A stretch of DNA of 13,542 nucleotides from an uncultured bacterium (lineage in GTDB: Bacteria > Hydrogenedentota > Hydrogenedentia > Hydrogenedentales > JAEUWI01): contig CAXBPH010000192.1 of assembly GCA_963977445.1 (NCBI GenBank), positions 1 through 13,542 of the forward strand, in the 5' to 3' direction. The translations under genes were made by a program, and so were the position numbers. Below are positions 1 through 6,876 of this stretch, piece by piece (the stretch's first letter is position 1; each line of letters begins with the position of its first letter). The notes under the pieces are model-generated. The model saw only the letters and a program-made list of their open reading frames with translations. It searched no databases and had not been told where the DNA came from.

Positions 1-283
1 CGGCTGCGGCTGGTCGAGGGATTTTCTCCAGCCAGTAAAGCTGGACAGCTACTGACCACCTCGTGGATACTTTCTGTTCATCGACCACGTTCGATGACGG
101 CCAGTTTACGGTATTCCTGCCTATGCATGTGGGTATTGTTGGCGCGAAGTATTAGCCCTACTGAGTACGCCCCAAGCGGAGTTCGGCCCATTTATTAAAT
201 TCCAAAATTGGTTTTGCCTCCCCTTGTCGACCCCCGTCGAGATCACGGAGCCGGGACACGGACGTTTAAAAGCTTGGTGTTTG

Positions 284-299
284 TGGCACAAAACCTGCT
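284..299 (+). promoter_or_regulatory. Putative sigma54 (RpoN) -24/-12 promoter of the six-gene operon
   Basis: TGGCACAAAACCTGCT: GG (285-286) and GC (297-298) are separated by exactly 10 nt, close to consensus TGGCACG-N4-TTGCW, ~100 nt upstream of the first ATG. An AT-rich tract lies upstream (190-216). A weaker second copy, AGGCACGGCGCATGC, is at 335-349. Confidence 0.6.
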
Positions 300-400
300 A
301 CACACAATCCGAAGCGTTCTGAAAGACCGTGCCAAGGCACGGCGCATGCGTGAACCATTTGGATTTCCCATAGCAAACAAACGACCAAGGAGATTACTCA

Positions 401-1246
401 ATGAAACTGTCCCGTATACCAAAGGTCGCGATACTCTTCGTGCCTGTTTTTGTAGCAAGCTTGTGTGGCATTGCGTCCGCACAGCCGAAACCTGCGGCAA
501 GCGACACGTCGCTAGGAGAGGAGTTGATGGACCTTCGCGCGACCGTAGCGCGGCTAGAGGCGGCACTGGAACAAGACCACAAAGGAATGTCGGCGGATAG
601 CAATGCGGCGTCGAGCAGTTCAGACATGGGGGCGATGAAGGACATGAATGCGGGGGACAAGAAAATGGGGATGATGGGCTCCATGGGCGACAAGGAGATG
701 GGCTCCATGGGCGACAAGAAGATGGGCTCCATGGGCGACAAGGAGATGGGCTCCATGGGCGACAAGAAGATGGGCTCCATGGGCGACAAGGAGATGGGGA
801 TGATGGGGATGATGGGTTCCATGAAGATGAGTCCGGCGATGGCCACTCCGTCGGCATTGCCGGGATTTCCCGGTGCGTCTCACCTGTACCACATTGGCGA
901 AACAGGTTTTTTCCTGAATCACGATGAGCACATCGAACTTTCCAAGGAGCAACGGACGGCGTTGAGCCAGATTAAGGAGAAAGGGCTGCTCGCGAAGAAT
1001 AGCGCCGACCGGCAAATAGAGGAGGCCGAACAAGGCCTTTGGGAGTTGACCGCATCCGAAGAGCCCGAAGCGGCGACGATCGAGAAGCAGGTCCGCCTGA
1101 TCGAAAAGCTTCGCGGCGACCAACGCCTTCAGTTCATTCGGGCCGTTGGCGAGGCCGGTCAAGTCCTGACCTCGGAACAGCGAAAAGCGCTGTTGGGTCA
1201 GGAATCTTCCCAAACCGCGCCGGCCGCCGACCAACAGCAACATTAA
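401..1246 (+). CDS. Secreted/periplasmic Met-rich protein with C-terminal Spy/CpxP/ZraP-like (periplasmic heavy-metal sensor type) helical domain, 281 aa
   Basis: RBS AAGGAG at 387-392. Signal peptide MKLSRIPK-hydrophobic-ASA|Q. 23 Met in residues 76-147. The C-terminal domain has the paired L-[ST]-x-EQ-R motifs of the LTXXQ/Spy/CpxP family (IELSKEQR...VLTSEQRKAL) and a His-rich lead-in (SHLYHIG..NHDEH). Confidence 0.85.
   Translation: MKLSRIPKVAILFVPVFVASLCGIASAQPKPAASDTSLGEELMDLRATVARLEAALEQDHKGMSADSNAASSSSDMGAMKDMNAGDKKMGMMGSMGDKEMGSMGDKKMGSMGDKEMGSMGDKKMGSMGDKEMGMMGMMGSMKMSPAMATPSALPGFPGASHLYHIGETGFFLNHDEHIELSKEQRTALSQIKEKGLLAKNSADRQIEEAEQGLWELTASEEPEAATIEKQVRLIEKLRGDQRLQFIRAVGEAGQVLTSEQRKALLGQESSQTAPAADQQQH
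674..793 (+). repeat. In-frame 24-bp tandem repeat x5 (ATGGGCTCCATGGGCGACAAG[G/A]AG = MGSMGDK[E/K])
   Basis: Units start at 674, 698, 722, 746 and 770. They are identical except for the last codon, which alternates GAG/AAG/GAG/AAG/GAG (a 48-bp higher-order unit x2.5). Confidence 0.97.
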
Positions 1247-1265
1247 CCCCGACAGGAGACAGACC

Positions 1266-1562
1266 ATGAAAGTATCAACAAAAACCACGTCTACACCGTT
1301 TACATGTCACGCACCGGAGGCGAGCCAGGTATTCGTTTCGGGAACATTCAATGATTGGAGTGCGGATGCCACGCCGTTGAAGCCGGGGAGCCGAGGAAAA
1401 TGGTCGGTAAAAGTCGCTCTGGCACCCGGCCATCACGAATACAAGTTTATCGTGGACGGTGTATGGTGCTGTGAGCCTGGATGTGATGGACCCCACACCG
1501 GGTGCATGGGCTGTGTGCCTAACGCGTTCGGAACCATGAACCGGTTTGTTGAGGTAAAATGA
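1266..1562 (+). CDS. Small CBM48 / AMPK-beta-like glycogen-binding domain protein with Cys/His-rich insertion, 98 aa
   Basis: RBS AGGAG at 1254-1258. Family motifs APEASQVFVSGTFNDW, GKWSVKVALAPG.HEYKFIVDGVW and VPNAFGTMN.. are present. No signal peptide. Loop CCEPGCDGPHTGCMGC. The stop overlaps the next start (ATGA 1559-1562). Confidence 0.85.
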   Translation: MKVSTKTTSTPFTCHAPEASQVFVSGTFNDWSADATPLKPGSRGKWSVKVALAPGHHEYKFIVDGVWCCEPGCDGPHTGCMGCVPNAFGTMNRFVEVK

Positions 1563-3595
1563 TGGCTAACTCTGCAATCAGACGCGCCGCCCTGGCGGTG
1601 GTCGTCACGGCTTCGCTGGCCCTGATAGCTGGCTTGGCCACGCCGGTTCATGCGCAAGTGTCACCGGAAGAACACGCCAGCCACCATCCCGGAGAAGCCG
1701 GCGGAGCCGATCCCTCGACCGAGACACCGGCAACGGACCCAGTGGAATCGGGCCCGGTAACGGGCGACGGAGGAATGGCCGACCAGCAGTCGGATAAGGG
1801 CGGCATGGGTGGTGGCGGAGGCATGATGGGCGGAGGCGGAGGCGGTATGGGAAAGATGATGGAGAAGAAGGGTGCGGCTGCGCCGAAGCAGCTCTACCCC
1901 ACCCTCATGGCGCTGCCCGACATGCCGCTGGAGCAACGGCAAGAAGTGCAACAGCAGGCCCACGCGCGCATGAAGGCGGGGGCGGCGCTCATGTCGGAAG
2001 GTCTCCAGGCGCTGTCCCGTACGGCCCCATCGGACGATTTCGCCGCGATGCAGGATGCCTCTGCAACGCTAAGGGAAGGGCTATCCCAGTTTGATAGCGG
2101 GCTCGCCGCCCACCGCGCGCTGGCCGAAGGGAAGGCCCCCCGAAACGTCGCGCTGACGTGGTTCAAGCGTGAGATGAACCTCCTCGCACCTGGCCCTGGT
2201 CAAGTCTACCGGGGTCCTCTCGGTCTATCCTGGCTGCATTTCTTTACCATGTTGATACTTTCGCTCTTTGCCGCGGCCATGATCGCGATGTACTTCTTCA
2301 AGATGCGGCGCGCGGCGGCGCTCTTGGGACGCATCGCGGCGGTGAGCCCGCGCGAAAGCGCTGCCCCCGCGACCGACGGCGTGGCGGCGTCTATGGAATC
2401 TACTGCGGACTCGCCCAGACGGACCTCGATTGATACTGGACAGGCCGCACCCGATGACTGCTGCGGCGGGGGCGGCGGGGATTGCGCGAGCGAAGCGATT
2501 CCGGCCGTGCCCGGCACCTCACACGGTCTGCTCGCGATCGCGGAACGCAAACTTTGCCGCTTGCGCGTCGCCAGAATTGCTCAAGAGACGCCCGATGTAA
2601 AGACGTTTCGACTGGTAGCATGTCACGGGGGAAGCATCCCCTTCAGCTACCTTCCAGGACAATTCCTTACGCTTACGCTTCCGGTGGACGAGAAGCCGAT
2701 TCGCCGCAGCTACACGATATCTTCAGCGCCCACTCAGGGTTACTATTGCGAAATAACGGTGAAGCGCGAAGAACAAGGTGCGGGATCGCGCTTCTTGCAC
2801 GACAAACTGACCGTAGGCGATACGTTGGAGGTCAAAGCCCCCAGCGGGAAGTTCCTGTTCACGGGACAAGAAGCCGACAGCATCGTCCTCATAGGCGGCG
2901 GCGTGGGTATCACCCCGATGATGAGCATAGCGCGCGCCCTGACGGACATGGCATGGCAAGGCGACATCTATTTTATCGCCGCCTGTCAGGATCCGGAGCA
3001 CTTCATATTTGAGTCCGAGCTAGAGCAGTTGGAGGCGCGGTACGCAAACCTTCATCTCTTTGTTGCCATGAGCCGTATTGAGGCTGACATCGGGAAGTAT
3101 CGTAGCGGGCGACTATCGAAGGACTTGCTCGCAGAATGGATACCCGACCTGAAGGAAAAGTGGGTCCAGCTATGCGGGGCACCCGCAATGATGGACGCCA
3201 CCAGCGAAATGCTGAAAGAGCTTGGAGTTCTAGAGGCAGACATTCACACGGAAAATTTCGGCTCAACGCAAAAACCAAAGGCAAAAGTGGCCGAGGGGCA
3301 GGAAGCAGCCCAAAATGCGCGAGAGAAAGAACATGGCATTGTGTTGTCGTTTGCGAAGTCGAACGTTTCGACCGAACTTCTCCCCGATGAAACCGTGCTC
3401 GAAGCGTCTGAGCGCGCCGATGTCAATATAGACTACTCCTGCCGGGTGGGCAGCTGCGGCGAATGCAAGGTCAAGTTACTCTCTGGAACGGTCGTAATGG
3501 AAGAAGAAAGTGGCTTGGATCCCGGCGAGAAGGAATCAGGAATAATTCTTGCCTGCCAGGCTAAATGCAGCGGCAACATTTCGGTGGATGCCTAG
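1559..3595 (+). CDS. Membrane-anchored FNR-family FAD/NAD(P)H oxidoreductase with C-terminal plant-type [2Fe-2S] ferredoxin and exported His/Met-rich N-terminal domain, 678 aa
   Basis: Signal peptide ending VHA|Q, then EEHASHHP and a Gly/Met tract. One TM helix (WLHFFTMLILSLFAAAMIAMYFF) followed by KMRR. FAD motifs PGQF, RRSYTISS, GAGSRFLH. NAD motifs GGGVGITP, LCGAPAM, HTENF. Ferredoxin motif CRVGSCGEC...ILACQ (Cx4Cx2C..C). Start may be 1559 or 1562. Confidence 0.92.
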   Translation: MMANSAIRRAALAVVVTASLALIAGLATPVHAQVSPEEHASHHPGEAGGADPSTETPATDPVESGPVTGDGGMADQQSDKGGMGGGGGMMGGGGGGMGKMMEKKGAAAPKQLYPTLMALPDMPLEQRQEVQQQAHARMKAGAALMSEGLQALSRTAPSDDFAAMQDASATLREGLSQFDSGLAAHRALAEGKAPRNVALTWFKREMNLLAPGPGQVYRGPLGLSWLHFFTMLILSLFAAAMIAMYFFKMRRAAALLGRIAAVSPRESAAPATDGVAASMESTADSPRRTSIDTGQAAPDDCCGGGGGDCASEAIPAVPGTSHGLLAIAERKLCRLRVARIAQETPDVKTFRLVACHGGSIPFSYLPGQFLTLTLPVDEKPIRRSYTISSAPTQGYYCEITVKREEQGAGSRFLHDKLTVGDTLEVKAPSGKFLFTGQEADSIVLIGGGVGITPMMSIARALTDMAWQGDIYFIAACQDPEHFIFESELEQLEARYANLHLFVAMSRIEADIGKYRSGRLSKDLLAEWIPDLKEKWVQLCGAPAMMDATSEMLKELGVLEADIHTENFGSTQKPKAKVAEGQEAAQNAREKEHGIVLSFAKSNVSTELLPDETVLEASERADVNIDYSCRVGSCGECKVKLLSGTVVMEEESGLDPGEKESGIILACQAKCSGNISVDA

Positions 3596-3609
3596 TGGAG
3601 ATATATAAA

Positions 3610-4359
3610 ATGAGGGAACGTGAACCGTTGATCGTGGGCGGCCTCGTGCTGTTCCTTTTCGTGTTGTGGCTGGGTTTCCCGCTCCATGAGTCCGCGCGTT
3701 TTGCGGGCAGCTTCTGGGGTGGGATGCTCGGAGTAAGCGGGAGCGCGCTGATGCTGGTGCCCCTGGCCTACCTGTTCGTAAAGAGAATCAAGCCGCTGAA
3801 GCGATGGCTAACGGGGTTTGTATCGATGCGCACGCTGCTGGCGTGGCACATCTACGCGGGCGTTCTCGGGCCGATTCTCGTATTGGTCCATACTGGACAC
3901 AGGTTTGAAAGCACGTTGGGTGTCGCGCTGACGGCGATGGTCTTGATCGTGGTACTTAGCGGCTTTGTGGGACGGTACTTGATGAGCAAGATTGGCCGGG
4001 AGATTAAGGACAAGCGCGCACTTCTTGATACGGCAAATGTGGAATACGAACGCGCGCTGGAAGAATTGCCCGAACATCCAGAGGAAATATCCCTCGCCCG
4101 ATCGCTACGAAGTGCCACTGCCCGATTGTTTTTCCAAACTGAGGGAAACGCGGACACTCCCCTTCCCACCGGAGTTCGCGCGGTGCGCCTGGCCGAATCC
4201 GTAGCCGATCTCGAGTTTGCCGTTCGCACCCATGAGGCCTTCAAGAGCGCCTTCGCCACCTGGCTGAAGATTCACATCGCCCTCTCCGTTGCCCTCTACG
4301 CGCTGCTCGGCGTTCATGTCTGGGCGGCCCTCTACTTCGGCATAAGGTGGTTTAAATGA
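3610..4359 (+). CDS. Integral membrane di-heme cytochrome b-like protein (ferric reductase-like transmembrane type), 249 aa
   Basis: Start moved from 3565 to ATG 3610 because of GGAG at 3597-3600 just after the upstream stop. About 5 TM helices. Two helices each carry His-x13-His (WHIYAGVLGPILVLVH, His80/94; IHIALSVALYALLGVH, His222/236), the geometry of bis-His di-heme b carriers. The stop overlaps the next start (ATGA 4356-4359). Confidence 0.8.
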   Translation: MREREPLIVGGLVLFLFVLWLGFPLHESARFAGSFWGGMLGVSGSALMLVPLAYLFVKRIKPLKRWLTGFVSMRTLLAWHIYAGVLGPILVLVHTGHRFESTLGVALTAMVLIVVLSGFVGRYLMSKIGREIKDKRALLDTANVEYERALEELPEHPEEISLARSLRSATARLFFQTEGNADTPLPTGVRAVRLAESVADLEFAVRTHEAFKSAFATWLKIHIALSVALYALLGVHVWAALYFGIRWFK

Positions 4360-5171
4360 ACGCTCGAAAAGCAATGACCGGATCTGCGGTAATTCTGACG
4401 CCCACCGCGCTCTTAGTGCTTATGTTCTACGCATTGAGTCCGGTCGACAGCGGACGCAACGGGACGACCCACATGTGGTACTCCGCCGTCAATCCAGGCC
4501 CACTGTCAGCGGCACACGCTCAACTCGAAAATAACTGCGCCGCATGCCATGCCCCCGTACAAGGGGTAACCCCAAGTAATTGCATCGTTTGCCACGCCAA
4601 CGATGCGTCCTTGTTGAAACGCCAGCCCACCGCCTTTCACGCCGAGATCAGCAGTTGTAGTGAATGCCACCTCGAACACAAAGGGCGCGACAAACGCCCC
4701 ACATCGATGGACCATGGGGCATTGGCAAAGATAGCCCTCGGCGATTTAGCAAAGAATCCGGACCCAAACAGTGAAGATCGGGCGACCATGCGGCGAATAG
4801 TTCATTGGCTCACGTTCGATTCTTCGGGATCGGGGCCTGTCGAACCGGGCCTCTCTCCGATCGAGAACAGTCTCGATTGCACCTCTTGCCACGGGAATGA
4901 TGACCGGCATTTCGGATTGTTTGGGGCCGATTGCGCATCGTGCCACGGGACCCAGACATGGACGATTCCGGCGTTTCGCCACCCACCGTCCAAGTCCATG
5001 GATTGTGGTCAGTGCCACCAAGCGCCGCCCAGCCACTACATGGGGCACTTTGCAATGATTTCCAAAAAAGTCGCCGCCCAGCCCCATGCCCAAGTCGACC
5101 AATGTTACAAGTGCCACCAGACCACAGCCTGGCCAGACATTTTGGGCAAGGGCTGGTACAAGCACCACTAA
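4356..5171 (+). CDS. Membrane-anchored multiheme (7 CxxCH) cytochrome c, cytochrome c3-like, 271 aa
   Basis: N-terminal hydrophobic anchor/signal. Heme motifs CAACH, CIVCH, CSECH, CTSCH, CASCH, CGQCH and CYKCH. 13 further His residues are available as distal ligands. Confidence 0.93.
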   Translation: MNARKAMTGSAVILTPTALLVLMFYALSPVDSGRNGTTHMWYSAVNPGPLSAAHAQLENNCAACHAPVQGVTPSNCIVCHANDASLLKRQPTAFHAEISSCSECHLEHKGRDKRPTSMDHGALAKIALGDLAKNPDPNSEDRATMRRIVHWLTFDSSGSGPVEPGLSPIENSLDCTSCHGNDDRHFGLFGADCASCHGTQTWTIPAFRHPPSKSMDCGQCHQAPPSHYMGHFAMISKKVAAQPHAQVDQCYKCHQTTAWPDILGKGWYKHH

Positions 5172-5226
5172 AGATGGAGGAAGTGGTCTCACGCCATCCA
5201 GTGCCAACCAATTGGGAGTCGAGTTC

Positions 5227-6549
5227 GTGTTTGAACAAATAATGGCTGCTGCGGCATACGCCGCTGACGCGGGAGTTCCCGAGAATGCGGACAGCCTCAC
5301 GTTGCTCCTGATCGAGATTTCGGTCATCCTTGTTGCGGCCAAGGGCGGGGGCCATATTGCGCTGAAGCTCGGGCAACCGGGAATTCTGGGCGAACTTGTC
5401 GCTGGCGTCGCAATGGGTGCGCTGTCACGGCTGGTGCTCCCAGGCCAACTCCACGACCTGTTTGTTCTCTCAACGGGACCAGAATCCCATTTGGCCATCC
5501 TGGGCGAACTCGGGATCTTGTTGTTGCTCTTTCGTGTTGGCCTTGAGAGTTCCCCGCGCGATCTGATGGGCGTGGGGGCAACGTCGCTGTTCGTCGCCGT
5601 GGGCGGCGTCTTGCTCCCACTCGGCATGGGATACTTCGTGTGCAACCTTCTTGCTAGCGACTTTCCCGATATTGCCAACAAGTGGCAGATGCACCTTTTC
5701 GTTGGCGCCACCATGGCCGCCACGAGCGTGGGCGTAACTGCGAGTGTACTGTCGGAAATGAAAAGGCTTCGGAGCCGTGAGTCGCGGATCATCCTTGGGG
5801 CAGCGATTATCGACGACATCTTGGGATTGCTGCTGCTTGCAATTATTACGGGAGTCATCGGGGGCACCCAGAACGGCTCAGAGATACGCCTTATTCCAAT
5901 AATCGTGTCGGTCGCGGTGAGCGCATCGATCTTCATTGTCGTCGGAACGCTCGCCGGGACATGGATTGCGCGGCGTTACCTGCGCCTACTCAGGCGGATT
6001 AATGGTTCGGGCGCCTACGCCGCCGGATTGATCGCATTCTGTCTGTTGTTTTCGACCGCCGCTGAACTCTCTGGCCTTGCGCCGATTGTGGGCGCGTTTC
6101 TGGCAGGCCTGGTAATCGATGACGGGGTTAATTCATCCACGGCCGATGTCGCGCGCGACACCGACCAAATCGGGCGCGGGGAGCGCGAGTTGGCTCCAGT
6201 GATCGCGATCTTGGCACCGATCTTCTTCGTGCTCATGGGCATGCAAGTACGCATCGATTCAATATTGTCGCTGAAAATGGCGCTCTTCACCGCCGCGATT
6301 ACGGCAGTGGCAATAATTGGAAAGTTTGTCGTTGGCTTTGTCGTCCCGGGCTCCCTACGAAGCAAAGCGTTTGTGGGGGCCGGGATGGTTCCACGGGGCG
6401 AAGTGGGCCTCATATTCGCCGCCGTCGGGCGAACGGTGGGCGCCATTGGAGAAGAGACTTTCAGCGCGCTCGTTTTTATGGTCATTCTCACCACCTTGGT
6501 GGCCCCACCATTGCTCAAATACTTTGGACGGGATCTCGAAACCGAATAG
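5227..6549 (+). CDS. CPA2-family cation/H+ antiporter (NapA-like), ~440 aa
   Basis: Many TM segments. Motifs LGQPGILGELVAG, LLLFRVGLES, ATSVGVTA, GAAIIDDILG (DD motif), VGAFLAG, PIFFVLMG and GMVPRGEVGLIFA. Likely start GTG 5227 (GGGAG at 5214-5218) or ATG 5242; the 5086 start overlaps the cytochrome gene. No C-terminal KTN/RCK domain. Confidence 0.9.
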   Translation: MFEQIMAAAAYAADAGVPENADSLTLLLIEISVILVAAKGGGHIALKLGQPGILGELVAGVAMGALSRLVLPGQLHDLFVLSTGPESHLAILGELGILLLLFRVGLESSPRDLMGVGATSLFVAVGGVLLPLGMGYFVCNLLASDFPDIANKWQMHLFVGATMAATSVGVTASVLSEMKRLRSRESRIILGAAIIDDILGLLLLAIITGVIGGTQNGSEIRLIPIIVSVAVSASIFIVVGTLAGTWIARRYLRLLRRINGSGAYAAGLIAFCLLFSTAAELSGLAPIVGAFLAGLVIDDGVNSSTADVARDTDQIGRGERELAPVIAILAPIFFVLMGMQVRIDSILSLKMALFTAAITAVAIIGKFVVGFVVPGSLRSKAFVGAGMVPRGEVGLIFAAVGRTVGAIGEETFSALVFMVILTTLVAPPLLKYFGRDLETE

Positions 6550-6582
6550 TCCGCCCATTGGGTGTACTCAAGGAAGATCGTT

Positions 6583-6804
6583 TTACGCGTCGGTTCGGGT
6601 GGTAGAAGTAAAATTACCTTTCCGGCATTCCAAAATGTCTCCAATATGTTGCCTTACCTCGTTGTCCTCCGCATCCAAACCTGCTTTTCGGGCGTTTGCC
6701 AATAGCTTCTCCCAATCATCATGTTCCCATCGCCCCCTATGGGAATCGACGAACGCCTCTGCGAGGGTGCGCATTTTCTTGAACTCCGTTTTACCTGTTG
6801 TCAT
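6583..6804 (-). CDS. Small hypothetical helical protein, 73 aa
   Basis: Strong RBS on the minus strand (CAGGAGAAACCGTGCC-ATG). Natural-looking amphipathic sequence (LAEAFVDSHRGRWEHDDWEKLL). Does not overlap other genes. Upstream sigma54-like motif. Family not recognised. Confidence 0.7.
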   Translation of the reverse strand: MTTGKTEFKKMRTLAEAFVDSHRGRWEHDDWEKLLANARKAGLDAEDNEVRQHIGDILECRKGNFTSTTRTDA

Positions 6805-6876
6805 GGCACGGTTTCTCCTGTGACTTCATGTTGGGTGTTCCCATTGAACTTCACCACTTCACGAACGCTTATATAC

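Noticed and set aside
1..198. Open frame +1 running in from the left edge
   Set aside because: No recognisable motif, and the start lies outside the window; a gene end cannot be supported.
674..793. Repeat array as a possible CRISPR
   Set aside because: The units are contiguous with no unique spacers, are in frame within a CDS, and no cas genes are present.
243..1288. Minus-strand ORFs 243-857, 394-846 and 620-1288 with repetitive Cys/Pro/His-rich translations
   Set aside because: They are antisense shadows of the Met-rich gene, which has the RBS, signal peptide and a recognisable domain.
3565..3609. ORF-track start of the membrane cytochrome b-like gene
   Set aside because: It overlaps the reductase C-terminus; ATG 3610 has a properly spaced GGAG.
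5086..5226. ORF-track N-terminal extension of the antiporter
   Set aside because: It overlaps the cytochrome gene by 86 nt and is non-family sequence; GTG 5227 or ATG 5242 fit better.
4746..5936. 396-aa minus-strand ORF
   Set aside because: Antisense to the cytochrome and antiporter genes, with no motifs; a typical high-GC shadow ORF.
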